Counted from the first letter of the stretch, positions 1-10,003 are shown. The stretch is 64,000 bases of DNA from Candidatus Latescibacterota bacterium (GCA_965219385.1 CBDCNM010000001.1:360631-424630), one strand, 5' to 3'. Notes: generated from the sequence alone by a model not told the origin. Numbers and translations are program-made.

Positions 1-831
1 CAGCGCGAACCGCCCTATGGTGCCTTCGCCTTTAATCTGCGCGCCTCCTACCGCCAGGAAACGGCTGGTCTGGTCGACAATTTCGCGCGCATCAACCGCC
101 GGCGCATTGCCGTGTTCTATCAGGCCGATGCCTACGGCCGCAGCGGCTGGGCCGGCGTGCGAAGCGCCCTGAAAAGGCACGGGAAACGGATCGTCGGAGA
201 GGCCACTTACCGGCGCGGCGAACGGTTCACCGGCACCATGCGCAAACAGGTCGAAATCCTGAAGGCGTCCAAGCCCGAAGCGGTGATCTGCATCGGGGCC
301 TATGCCGCCTGCGCGGCCTTTGCCCGCGATGCCGTAGACCTCGGCCTGCAGGTGCCCTTTGCCAACCTGTCCTTTGTCGGCAGCGAAAATCTCCTCAAGC
401 TGCTCACCGAGGGGCGCGGTGACAGCCAGCGCTATACGCAATGGCTGGTAAACTCCCAGGTGGTGCCCAGTTACGAAGAAATATCCAGACCCGCGGTCCA
501 AGAGTATCGCGACTTGATGAAGCGCTACGCCCCGCAGCTTCCCCCGGAGCTGTTGAAAGACCCCTATACGCCCTTTGCCCACAGCTTCGTCAGCCTCGAG
601 GGCTTTCTCAACGCCAAGTTGATGGTCGAAATTCTGCACCGCCTCGGGGCCGAGCCGCAGCGTAGCCAACTTGAAGGCGCGGTCTTCTCCGTCGAGGATT
701 TCGATCTGGGCATCGGCGAACGGGTCTCCTTTGGTCCCAATCGTCGCCAGGGTCTCCAGCGCGTGTACTACACGGTTGTCGATGGAGGCCGTTTTGTCCC
801 ACTGGACGATTGGCGCGCCAGGTTTGCATGA
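1..831 (+). CDS. ABC-type periplasmic substrate-binding protein (LivJ-like, type 1 PBP), 5' partial
   Basis: Frame open from base 1 (FNLRASYRQE...IAVFYQADAYGRSG, SFVG, SLEGFLNA); stop overlaps next ATG (ATGA 828-831). Confidence 0.8.
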   Translation, partial: QREPPYGAFAFNLRASYRQETAGLVDNFARINRRRIAVFYQADAYGRSGWAGVRSALKRHGKRIVGEATYRRGERFTGTMRKQVEILKASKPEAVICIGAYAACAAFARDAVDLGLQVPFANLSFVGSENLLKLLTEGRGDSQRYTQWLVNSQVVPSYEEISRPAVQEYRDLMKRYAPQLPPELLKDPYTPFAHSFVSLEGFLNAKLMVEILHRLGAEPQRSQLEGAVFSVEDFDLGIGERVSFGPNRRQGLQRVYYTVVDGGRFVPLDDWRARFA

Positions 832-1559
832 TGGTGATAAAAGTCCAAAAGCTCTTTAAGAAAACGCTGTTCGGCGTCTTTTCCCTGTTTGGCTTGATCG
901 GCCTGTCGACCTCCATTCTGTGCGTCTATACGGTCGATACGCACCTGTCGGCCGAATACGAGAGCAATAGCCGCGACATCGCCAAGACCATCGCCGATTC
1001 CAGTGTGGACATTCTCTTGAATCGCGACTTGGCGGCGTTGCAGTCGCTCATCGATCAATTCGTCGAGATTCAAGGCATAAAGTATATCTACATTACGGAC
1101 GAAGCCGGCGAGTTTCTCGCCCACACCTTTGTGCCGGGCATTCCCGCAGAGATTCGAGCCGGCGATCCGTTTAATATGACGACTGTGGAGCGCAGCCTGC
1201 CTGGAATGGGCGATTTCGTCGAAGTGGGCAGTCCGATTCTGGCCGGCGTCGCCGGGACGGTTCACGTGGGCATGGACACCGATCTGATCGCGCTGAAAAT
1301 TCAACGAGCAATCGGTCAGCAGGTCTACCTTTTCTCCATCATACTCGTCGTCGGCGTCTTTGCCGCCATCTGGTTGGTCAATCTGGCGGCAAAACCGCTG
1401 GGCGCGCTCTTGGGCTATGCCGTGGGCATGGCGCGTGGCGGGAATGATGGGGAGGCCGCGGACGACAAACTTCTGGCGCGCGACGACGAAGTCGGGCATC
1501 TAGCTCGACTCTTCCTCTATGTTGCCGAAAGGGAGCCGCGCCCGCCGCCTGGCGAGTGA
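828..1559 (+). CDS. Two-TM membrane sensor protein with HAMP domain, no output domain
   Basis: Two hydrophobic segments flanking an extracytoplasmic domain; C-terminal KPLGAL...RDDEVGHLARLF HAMP pattern. Confidence 0.7.
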   Translation: MMVIKVQKLFKKTLFGVFSLFGLIGLSTSILCVYTVDTHLSAEYESNSRDIAKTIADSSVDILLNRDLAALQSLIDQFVEIQGIKYIYITDEAGEFLAHTFVPGIPAEIRAGDPFNMTTVERSLPGMGDFVEVGSPILAGVAGTVHVGMDTDLIALKIQRAIGQQVYLFSIILVVGVFAAIWLVNLAAKPLGALLGYAVGMARGGNDGEAADDKLLARDDEVGHLARLFLYVAEREPRPPPGE

Positions 1560-2894
1560 TTGGCGATTGAGGTCTTAGGGAAAATGGCGAAACGAAGGAT
1601 GCTGATTCCGCGTTCGATGATGGCTCTATTCTGCACGTTTCTGCAGATCTGTTTTGGGACGGTGTATGCGTGGAGTTTCTTTCAAACGCTCTTGGTCCGG
1701 CAACTGGGTTGGTCGTTCACGGAAACGGCTTGGGCTTTCAGCCTGGCGATCTTTTCGCTGGGAACCTCGGCGGCTTGGGCTGGCGCGATGCTGCCGCGGG
1801 TCGGACCGCGGCGCTTGGCAGTGGCCGGTAGCCTCATGTTTTCGAGCGGCTATTTGCTGGCGAGTCTGGCGCTTCACCTGGACACTCTCGCGCTGTTCTA
1901 TGTGGGGTATGGCGTCATCGGGGGGGCGGGAATCGGGCTGGGCTATGTGACGCCCGTGGCGACGGTGGCCAAATGGTTCCCGGACCGAAAGGGATTGGCG
2001 ACTGGAATTGTCGTGATGGGGTTTGGGGTGGGCGCGTTGCTGTTGAGCAAAGGCTTGGCGCCCCTGCTCGTATTCCACATGGAAGGCGATCTGTCCCATG
2101 TCTTCTTGGGGCTCGGGGTGATCTTTGCCGGCGTACTGATCCCTTGCAGCTTGATGTTGAGCAATCCCCCGGTCGCCGTTGGAGCCGTTGCCGAACAGGG
2201 TCGCAACGACGAGTCGGACTCGGTTGCGCCTTATCTGCGGTCCTCCGAGTTCGCCCTCATGTGGATCGTCTTCTTCTTCAATATCGCCGCCGGCATCTCC
2301 GTCATCAGCTTTCAGTCGGAGCTCCTGCAGGAAGTTTGGGGCTTGGCCGATCCCTCGGTGGAGCCGGCGACGCTGGCCGAATACGGGGCGACGCTGATCG
2401 CCGTCAGTTCGCTGTGCAACGGCGTGGGCCGGCTGTTTTGGGGGTTGCTATCGGACCGGCTGGGGCGCGTCAGGGTCTTCAGAATTCTGCTCGCGAGTCA
2501 GATGGTCGTCTTTGGCATCTTGATGACCGAGCGCAATCCCTATGTTTTTTCGGCCCTCGTTTGTTATATACTCTTGTGCTTTGGAGGGGGCTTTGCCACC
2601 ATGCCCTCTTTCGTGCTCGATGTTTTTGGCCCTCAAAAGATGTCGACGATCTACGGGACCATTTTGACGGCCTGGGCGGCGGCGGGGATTTGTGGTCCGC
2701 TGTACGTGGGGTATCTGAAGGATGAATATCCCGACCGGGCGTTCATCTATTGCTTCCTGATTGGGATTCTGATGCTCGGGCTTGGATATGTATTTTCTTA
2801 TTTGTTGAGCGACGATCGCATTCGCCTCCGTCGGCCGACCTTGGCGGATACGCTGTGTCAGTATGGTATTTCGCCCCTGAGGCAAGGTAACTGA
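1560..2894 (+). CDS. OFA-family MFS transporter (oxalate/formate antiporter-like)
   Basis: GTVYAWS, KWFPDRKGLATG, NGVGRLFWGLLSDRLGR, FGGGFATMP motifs; start may be ATG 1584. Confidence 0.9.
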   Translation: MAIEVLGKMAKRRMLIPRSMMALFCTFLQICFGTVYAWSFFQTLLVRQLGWSFTETAWAFSLAIFSLGTSAAWAGAMLPRVGPRRLAVAGSLMFSSGYLLASLALHLDTLALFYVGYGVIGGAGIGLGYVTPVATVAKWFPDRKGLATGIVVMGFGVGALLLSKGLAPLLVFHMEGDLSHVFLGLGVIFAGVLIPCSLMLSNPPVAVGAVAEQGRNDESDSVAPYLRSSEFALMWIVFFFNIAAGISVISFQSELLQEVWGLADPSVEPATLAEYGATLIAVSSLCNGVGRLFWGLLSDRLGRVRVFRILLASQMVVFGILMTERNPYVFSALVCYILLCFGGGFATMPSFVLDVFGPQKMSTIYGTILTAWAAAGICGPLYVGYLKDEYPDRAFIYCFLIGILMLGLGYVFSYLLSDDRIRLRRPTLADTLCQYGISPLRQGN

Positions 2895-2897
2895 ATC

Positions 2898-3035
2898 ATA
2901 CTGGGGGTGTTGGCCCCCCCTGATCCTTCATCGCTTGCGGCAGGAGCACATCGTGCTCCAACGGCGTCCGCCAGCGATCATGACTGCCGGGTATGAGTTC
3001 GTGGCACTCGTCGTCGACCAGCGCCAGGAACAGGC
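2898..3035 (-). pseudogene. Phytanoyl-CoA dioxygenase (PhyH)-like internal fragment
   Basis: Minus strand reads LFLALVDDECHELIPGSHDRWRT; no start. Confidence 0.45.
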
Positions 3036-3062
3036 TCACGCCGTTCCGCTCAGTTCTGGTGA

Positions 3063-5480
3063 TTGCAGCGTCGGCAAGATACCGGTGGAAGCAGATACGT
3101 GGGGACGAATCAAAGCATCCTTCCTATAGTTTGTGGCGCCCCGCGGCTCATGGTACAAGCCGTTGAGCCCGCTCTCGAAAAAGCGCTGGGGCCACCCATC
3201 CGCCGCCAGCGGGACAATCTCCGTCCGCTGAGGGGCGCCGCCTGCCATCCTCGGCTCTTCTTACCGGCACTGTGGCTGCTGGCCGCGAGTGCGGTGCAGG
3301 CGGCCACCCTCAGCGGTTTCATCAGCGATGCGGACAACGGCGAGGTCCTGTCCCTGGCCACCATCGTCGTGGAGGGGACCAGGCTAGGCGCGCACAGCAA
3401 CAGCAGCGGCTACTACGCCGTCAAGCAGGTCCCGGCCGGCGCGTACGCAGTGGTTGTGTCCCACGTGGGCTACCAGACCGGCCGGGACACGCTGCGCTTC
3501 GAGGACGCAGGGGAGGTGCGGCGGGACTGGGCCCTGGCGCCCCGGCCGGTGGCTCTCGAAGAGGAGATCGTAGTCCAGGCCGAGCGCGCGGAATTGGAGC
3601 AGGCCACCCAGAGTAGTTTCATCCGTCTGCCGGTCGAGCCCTTGCAGCAGATGCCGGCCATTGGCGAAGCCGATCTGCTGCGTAGCTTGCAGTTGTTGCC
3701 GGGGATCCAGTCGGCCTCGGATGTCAGCAGCGGCCTGTACGTGCGCGGCGGTGGTCCAGACCAGACGGCCATTCTTCTCGACCACATTCCCCTGTACAAT
3801 CCCTCCCACCTCTTCGGCTTCTTCTCGACCTTCAACCCGGACGCCATCAAGGATGTCCAGCTCTACAAAGGAGCCTATCCGGCTGCGTACGGCCGCACCC
3901 TCGGGGCGGTGCTCGACGTGAGCAACCGCGAGGGCAATAGACAACGCTTCAGCGGCCGGGGCGGCGTCAGCCTGATTGCGAGCCGCTTGCTGGCCGAAGG
4001 GCCGGTGGGGCAAGGCTCGTGGATGATGGCCGGCCGCCGCACCTACCTGGAGCCGGTGCTCGGCGCCATCCGCTCCCAGGGGGTGGACATCCCGTTGAAC
4101 TATTACTTTTACGACTTCAACGGCAAAGTCAACCAGCGGTGGGGCGACGACACCTTTACGGTGAGCACCTACTGGGGCCAGGACGACCTGCGGGTAGACA
4201 TAGAAGACGAGAATGAGTCCTTCGTCGATCTGCGCTGGGGCAACCGCGCCTTTACGGCGCGCTGGACCCGGGTGTTCTCGCCGGCCCTGTTCGGCCATTT
4301 CATGGCGGCCGGCTCGTCCTACGAAAACGCCCTCTTGTTCAGTTTCTTCGACACGCCTTTCAGCATTGCCAACCGCATCCGCGACTGGTCGCTCAAGGGC
4401 GACGTGGATTACTTTGCCAACCGCGACCACACCCTCACCCTCGGTTTTCTGGCCACCCTATTCGAGTTCGACTATTCCGAGTCCTTCAATCAGCAGGATG
4501 AGCCTCCCCTGCACCAGAGGTCGGCGCTGGTCTCGGCCTACGTGCAGGACGAGTGGCAGGCCGGGCCGACCACGCGGCTGCGACTGGGGGGACGGGGCAC
4601 CTATTTCAGCGTCGGGGATCGCCTCCACTTCATGCCGCGGCTGTCCCTGAGCCGCGCCCTCAGCGACAAAATCCGCATCAAGGCCGCCGCCGGGATGTAC
4701 CGCCAGTACCTGCAGCTGATCACCACCGAAGCCTTCAGCGGCGGCGATTTCTGGGTGCCGCTGGATAGCAGTGTCGAGCCCGGGCGCTCCTACCAGGGAG
4801 TCGTAGGAACCGGGTGGACCCCGTCGCGGCGCTACCAGCTCTCGGTGGAGGGCTACTATACGGACCTGGCGAACCTGGTGGTGCTGGACAACGCGGTGGC
4901 CGTCGATAGCGAAGACACGCGCTCGGACGACATATTCAAAAGCGGCGGCAGCGGCTGGGCCAGCGGGCTCGAAGTCTTCTTGCAGCGGCGCACCGGGGCC
5001 CTCACCGGCTGGGTGGGCTATACCCTGGGCTGGACCCGGCGCACCTTCCCCGAACTGAACGGCGGGCGCGCCTTCCCCCCCAAGTACGATCGGCGCCACG
5101 ACCTGTCTTTCGTGGTCTCGTACCAAGCGGGGAAATGGCGCCTGGGCTCGAACCTCGTGTACGCCACCGGGCAGGCCTTCACCCCGGCCTCGGCCCGCTA
5201 TTCCCTGCGCGTGCCGACCACCGGGGTGGTGGAAGACTACGTGCTGCCGGCACGGCGCAACAGCGCCCGCCTGCTGCCCTACCACCGCCTCGATGCCAGC
5301 GCCAGCCGCGAGTTCGGGCTGTGGGGCCTCGACGTCGAGTTCTACCTGCAAATTTTCAATCTCTATAGCCGGCGCAACGAGTGGTTCGTGCAGTTCGACA
5401 CGAACAAACCCGAGACCGAGCCGGAGGTGTTCAAACAGTTGCCCATCGTGCCGACGCTGGGCTTCAATTTTTCGTTTTGA
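3063..5480 (+). CDS. TonB-dependent receptor (carboxypeptidase-regulatory-like N-domain, plug, barrel)
   Basis: Signal peptide RLFLPALWLLAASAVQA, GEADLLRSLQLLPG, VRGGGPDQ, C-terminal FNFSF; true start uncertain. Confidence 0.9.
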   Translation: MQRRQDTGGSRYVGTNQSILPIVCGAPRLMVQAVEPALEKALGPPIRRQRDNLRPLRGAACHPRLFLPALWLLAASAVQAATLSGFISDADNGEVLSLATIVVEGTRLGAHSNSSGYYAVKQVPAGAYAVVVSHVGYQTGRDTLRFEDAGEVRRDWALAPRPVALEEEIVVQAERAELEQATQSSFIRLPVEPLQQMPAIGEADLLRSLQLLPGIQSASDVSSGLYVRGGGPDQTAILLDHIPLYNPSHLFGFFSTFNPDAIKDVQLYKGAYPAAYGRTLGAVLDVSNREGNRQRFSGRGGVSLIASRLLAEGPVGQGSWMMAGRRTYLEPVLGAIRSQGVDIPLNYYFYDFNGKVNQRWGDDTFTVSTYWGQDDLRVDIEDENESFVDLRWGNRAFTARWTRVFSPALFGHFMAAGSSYENALLFSFFDTPFSIANRIRDWSLKGDVDYFANRDHTLTLGFLATLFEFDYSESFNQQDEPPLHQRSALVSAYVQDEWQAGPTTRLRLGGRGTYFSVGDRLHFMPRLSLSRALSDKIRIKAAAGMYRQYLQLITTEAFSGGDFWVPLDSSVEPGRSYQGVVGTGWTPSRRYQLSVEGYYTDLANLVVLDNAVAVDSEDTRSDDIFKSGGSGWASGLEVFLQRRTGALTGWVGYTLGWTRRTFPELNGGRAFPPKYDRRHDLSFVVSYQAGKWRLGSNLVYATGQAFTPASARYSLRVPTTGVVEDYVLPARRNSARLLPYHRLDASASREFGLWGLDVEFYLQIFNLYSRRNEWFVQFDTNKPETEPEVFKQLPIVPTLGFNFSF

Positions 5481-5484
5481 GGAG
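5368..5484 (+). repeat. Direct repeat copy 1: 3' end of TonB receptor gene plus RBS
   Basis: Matches 12388-12504 (5 mismatches in 117 bp); 5403-5484 identical to 27282-27363. Confidence 0.95.
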
Positions 5485-5558
5485 AAAGTCGTGCGCTATT
5501 AAGAGTTGGACGGCGGGGCACAGGGCAGGTATGAGACCCGGTTCTATAGAATTTCTAC

Positions 5559-6206
5559 TCACTTGCGCGCAATGCGGCACGACTTCCAGTTCTTTGACCA
5601 ATGTTCATCGGACTGGACATGGCCCGCCCGAACGCTCTTGCAGACATTGTACCTGAATTCCTCGGCCGGAAATGCTCGTGCCAACCGTATCACCACCCCT
5701 TCCCGTTCACCACCCAATACGGATGGCTCCGTGTGCGCCTTGCTTACGAAGTCCTGAATTTCGTCAACGGAGCAGAACAAGCCCTCGAACAGAATGGGAG
5801 CTACCGGAATGTCGTGTCCCTGTGCATAATCCACCATCGTCCGGAACGACGAAAAGGTACCATCCCCAAAGCGAAGTGCGAAGGCATAAAAGGTTTCGTT
5901 CTCGGCGACGGGTTCATATTCGATGCTGTGTACTCCGTAGATATCTTCACCATAAAGAAACACGTTCGGGTCCATCACCTTCCAAGCATGGTGTTTCTTG
6001 ACCATCGCCATCCACTTGCCATTCGAAGAAGCGGAGACACTACGTGCATAAACTTCACCCTGGTGAAGGAGTGTATTGCCTCCATCGATCTTCTCGGTTA
6101 CGACAATCGGTGATCCTATGAACTGCGTCGGGTCGGCAAGAGCTTCGCCGTCTCGGACAGCCGCTGGCGAGTCTGGCCAGTAGGGAGTTTTTGGATACTT
6201 GAGCAT
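5559..6206 (-). CDS. RNA ligase family protein (Rnl2-like nucleotidyltransferase)
   Basis: KYPKTPYWP N-terminus, motif I TEKIDG, YGE, FYAF, EGVVIR, KSVR. Confidence 0.85.
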   Translation of the reverse strand: MLKYPKTPYWPDSPAAVRDGEALADPTQFIGSPIVVTEKIDGGNTLLHQGEVYARSVSASSNGKWMAMVKKHHAWKVMDPNVFLYGEDIYGVHSIEYEPVAENETFYAFALRFGDGTFSSFRTMVDYAQGHDIPVAPILFEGLFCSVDEIQDFVSKAHTEPSVLGGEREGVVIRLARAFPAEEFRYNVCKSVRAGHVQSDEHWSKNWKSCRIARK

Positions 6207-6234
6207 ATGACCTGACGTCGAAAACAACGAACAT

Positions 6235-6717
6235 CTACGGACTCGATCTTGAGGCATGCTGTGGGCAAAGCTGTTTTACCGTCACACCCAAACACTTCGT
6301 CAGCGCCTCCTGCTGACTCCAGTCGCTATCCGTCGCGTTCAGGATGGTAGCTTGGGCAACCAAGGCCGCTGCGAGAAACTTGCGATCGGATTTGTCCAAA
6401 TCGTTTTCCGGCAGCTCTTTGAAGCCGAGGCGATCATCGCTGCATGGCGTAATCGAAACTCGACGCACGCGGGTTTTGTCGTACCCGTGATTGAAAAGAT
6501 GCCTGAAGAACATGTCTCCCACCCCCGGGACGCCTGCGAAATTCAGGTTTTCTTTGTATTCGTCGAATATGAGACCACCGTCGTCAACTACAACAACCTG
6601 CCGGCGGCAAACGTCCTCCAGTTTTTCTACACACGCCAATTGGCACTCGGGATCCACGTGTGTGTTTCTTCCGTTCGCCGCTATGGCAACGTTGGTGTCT
6701 ACGACATATGGCGTCAT
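6235..6717 (-). CDS. PIN-domain protein (putative RNase)
   Basis: VVDTNV N-terminus, DRKFLAAA and ATDSD acidic motifs; start overlaps ATPase stop. Confidence 0.65.
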   Translation of the reverse strand: MTPYVVDTNVAIAANGRNTHVDPECQLACVEKLEDVCRRQVVVVDDGGLIFDEYKENLNFAGVPGVGDMFFRHLFNHGYDKTRVRRVSITPCSDDRLGFKELPENDLDKSDRKFLAAALVAQATILNATDSDWSQQEALTKCLGVTVKQLCPQHASRSSP

Positions 6718-8081
6718 TGTGATGCTCCGATCCGTCTTTTCAGTGCTTCTTTGCTGATCGCGGCGATTTCGCCCATTTCATCTCCAAAAAAGTTATCCGG
6801 CCAGTTCTCTATATCACCCCACTCATTCAGCTTGAGGTCGTTCAATTTGGCTGCACCGCGTTTTGTATTAACGAAATAGAGTTTCAAGTCTGACGATGGC
6901 ATGCTGCCTTCGGCCACGCGACGCTGGAAGCGCCGCAGTAGATGCTCACTGTGGCTTTCTACGATGATCTGCACTTGGCGCGTCTTGGCCACTGCGAGCA
7001 TTACGTCCGCCAGCCCGCTTTGAGCGGACGGATGCAGATGAATCTCAGGCTGCTCCATCAGCACGATCGAGCCCTCCGGCACATAATACAGGAGGACCAA
7101 AACGGGCAGGATTTGGGAGACGCCAAAACCGACATCCGTCAGCATCGTTTCGGGGCTGGTGCGATCCCTTCGCACGCGGACCTGGTAGAGGTTTGACCCA
7201 GACGCGATTTCTTTAATTTGGAACGAATCGATCAGGCCTAGTTCTCGCAACCAATAGGCAATCATTTCCTGAAACTTCATGTATCGCTTGCGCGGTGCGA
7301 GGTTTCGCTTTTCGCCGTGCGCGGTAGCCGCCAGAATGGCATCGACAGTGCGTTCACCGCGCGGCCCCACGTCAGCGGGTCTGGCCCCGGACCAGTGGTA
7401 CTCGCGCTGCGGATGATCCCGGAGAGGGCCAAGATAGAATATCCTGTCCATTAAAGCTTCGTACTCGGCTTCGAATTGACTTAGAAAGCCCGTATTTTGA
7501 AAGTAGGTACGGGCCTGATCGGGGAAAAGGTGGGTCTTGACCGGGCCGGGCAATGCCCAGCCTCGTCCTTGATTCCGAATGAACGCTAGACCCTCTGACC
7601 TGAGCTCGAACTTACTGGATTCGTCTGCTCTTGGTTCGATGGCGAAAACGGTGTTGTCAAATCTATATTTCACATAATGCGCCGACAGATGTGAACCTTT
7701 CAATCCTACCCGAGAGCTCTCTTGCAGACTGCTTCCCGTGAAGAGTACCTCATTGCGAGGGCCCCTCGGGTCGTTGACCTTGAGAGGCCTCGGGAGCGTC
7801 CAATCCAGCGTCCAATCAATGTACGATGCTTGGTTGCCTTGATGTACCAAGGTTTGGTAATTTCCCAGATTCACCAGATTGGTCGGGCCTCCGGTCGGGC
7901 CTCCGAAGTCCAGCACGAGACCCCGATCCGTCGCATTCTTCGTCTGCTTGAGCAAGAGCAAAAACTGAAGCACGCTACTCTTGCCCGAGCTGTTTGTGCC
8001 GAAAAGGCCGGTGACCTTCCCTAAAGCTATCTGTAACTCACGCCATGCCTTGAAGTTAGTAATATCAAGAGATTTCAACAT
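6714..8081 (-). CDS. ABC/AAA_21-type ATPase with C-terminal DUF3696
   Basis: Walker A GTNSSGKS, DVGFGVSQ signature, EQPEIHLHP, ESHSEH, G-x-I-x-NWPDNFF tail. Confidence 0.9.
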   Translation of the reverse strand: MLKSLDITNFKAWRELQIALGKVTGLFGTNSSGKSSVLQFLLLLKQTKNATDRGLVLDFGGPTGGPTNLVNLGNYQTLVHQGNQASYIDWTLDWTLPRPLKVNDPRGPRNEVLFTGSSLQESSRVGLKGSHLSAHYVKYRFDNTVFAIEPRADESSKFELRSEGLAFIRNQGRGWALPGPVKTHLFPDQARTYFQNTGFLSQFEAEYEALMDRIFYLGPLRDHPQREYHWSGARPADVGPRGERTVDAILAATAHGEKRNLAPRKRYMKFQEMIAYWLRELGLIDSFQIKEIASGSNLYQVRVRRDRTSPETMLTDVGFGVSQILPVLVLLYYVPEGSIVLMEQPEIHLHPSAQSGLADVMLAVAKTRQVQIIVESHSEHLLRRFQRRVAEGSMPSSDLKLYFVNTKRGAAKLNDLKLNEWGDIENWPDNFFGDEMGEIAAISKEALKRRIGASQ

Positions 8082-8310
8082 TGGTTGCTCTCCTTCCTTT
8101 GAGCAGGGTCGGCACTTCGATGCCTTTGGCGAGGTCTCGTTCCAGAATCACGCCGACCGGCCATGCCCCTCTCGGTGCTCTACTACAGTGGTCATTTTGG
8201 GCACGTGCTGCAAGGCGAAATTTACAGCTTCAGCGGCCCTCGCCAGCATAACACCCTCCCGTAGTAGCCTCTCGATACGGACGCGAGGGCAGCGGATAGG
8301 GATTATACTA

Positions 8311-8430
8311 GAAGCGGTTTCATAACTTGATAGGGGGTTAGGTTTTTTCTTTTTTTATTCTTATTGTATTCGCTCTGCAAAAGGAGCCTACCTATGTCGC
8401 GCCATACTTACGAATTGACGATCCCAGTGG
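8311..8430 (+). mobile_element. Remnant left end of IS5-family element
   Basis: TA|GAAGCGGTTTCATAA end, RBS AAGGAG, ATG 8394 giving MSRHTYELT(DPQW after a 1-nt shift), then truncated. Confidence 0.45.
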
Positions 8431-8538
8431 TGGTTTTTGCGTTTTGAGGCGGGTGTCCCTTCTTGTCAGGTTGACTCCGTAACGATAATAGCTGCGCAAT
8501 CCGTAACTCCGGCAACCGTTGCCTATAGGAGAAGCCGA

Positions 8539-9325
8539 TCACAGTTTCTTGGCTTTGATGAGTTTGATCGAGTCCTGTACCGTCTCGTATTGCGTTGGAA
8601 GGAAGTGCGTAAGCCAGAGCTCAAGTATCTCCAGCACATCGCGAGGCCGACACTCATCGTCATCAACGCCGATTTCGGCAAGTAAGTCGTTGAGTGTATT
8701 TTCAGTCACTTGGCCATCCTTATTGATGCACTGAATCACCCGGCTGACGAGAGGGGTTTGGTTGATCGTAGCGGCAACCCATGCTTGGAACTCTTCATCG
8801 TTCATTCCGGGAACGGTGCCGATCTGTTTGAGTTCTTCTTGCATCGTCTGGAGAGCAGAGCGGCTGACGTCACAATTGCCGCAATAGACCGAATAGAGTT
8901 CCTCGGGATTCCTAGTGCGTGGAACCCAATCCGGCGGTAGCAGCCCCATTGTCGTTTCGTCGTCTATTTCCGATGGTATCACGTCGGGCAATCCCCAGAG
9001 CCTCTCAAGCAATTCCTCAAGACGATCGCGTTGTTCCGCAGTCGCGAGTACCGATCCAGAAAGCAACGCTTCCTCGAATTCGACAATGTGATCGGCAGTC
9101 CGCGCAACAGGTGTGAGCAATTCCAAGTTGGCAGGCGTTCGCCAGCCAAGTGCCGTGAAGGTGACATTAGCCGATCCGATGAGGCACATGTTATCGGCGG
9201 CGAAAAACTTGGCGTGCAGGTCGTACCGCAAATATAGCGGTACCTTCTTCGACTCAGCTATATCGTAGACGCCTAGATCAGAAGCCCCCGCAAGCAGATC
9301 CGCCGGTCGCCATCGCGTGACGATG
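8539..9325 (-). pseudogene. PLD-family (HKD) nuclease-like protein, N-terminus deleted
   Basis: IVTRWRPADLLAGASD, LHAKFFAAD...IGSANVT motif; no own start, joined out of frame to sspC. Confidence 0.7.
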
Positions 9326-9988
9326 GGCGTACTCCTCGAAAGCTTGATGAAGGATACCGACAACAATGAGCCGCTTGCCGCTGCGCGAAGCCCGCTCCGC
9401 GAGTTCTTGAAACAGGTAAATGTCCGATCCGTCGTTCGCCGCGGCCTCCAGGAATTTTCCCATCTCGTCAATGAAGACCAACAAACCACCGCCGGCACGC
9501 GGATAGCACTCCGCAATTTCATCAAGAGCATCGAGGACGCGCTTATCAGTCCAGGATTTTGACCCCCGTCCGGTTAGGAAATCAGTCGCCATGATAGCTT
9601 CGCCAATCACCTGTGCCGGGCGCTCCCGCCGGCCGACCACAGGTAGGATGCGCCAGCCTCTCGTCCGGGGTGGCAACGCTTTCCAGATAAGCGCTGCCGT
9701 TTCCCGGCCCAGTACGGATGCCGCATTGCGCGAGAGCTTCCTGTCCCCGTTGAGCGCGGCACTCAGGGCGATGACCAAGCTCGACTTTCCGCTGCCGTAG
9801 GGACCGGTCCAGGTGAATGCGCCTTGACCGTTCTCAGCCACATGCCGCGCCATGGTCTCAAGGACCTCGGCGGAGGATCGAGGACAGATGAATCCATCCA
9901 ATGCCGCCGGATCGCCAAGATCACTGTCGATGCGGATCGCGCGCTGAAAACGGCGGGCGATCTGTATCCGATCGGCGAGCGCCATCAC
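9278..9988 (-). pseudogene. sspC: SspC-like ATPase, N-terminal ~220 aa only
   Basis: RRFQRAIRIDSD, Walker A GPYGSGKS, IDEMGKFLE, LHQAFEEYAHR then abrupt loss of homology. Confidence 0.75.
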
Positions 9989-10003
9989 GCGCCGTCCTTT
10001 CTG

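Noticed and set aside
3384..5351. Long minus-strand ORFs (348 and 297 aa)
   Set aside because: Antisense to the TonB receptor; expected in high-GC coding DNA
5368..5484. Repeats as DGR template/variable regions
   Set aside because: No reverse transcriptase in the window and differences are not adenine-specific
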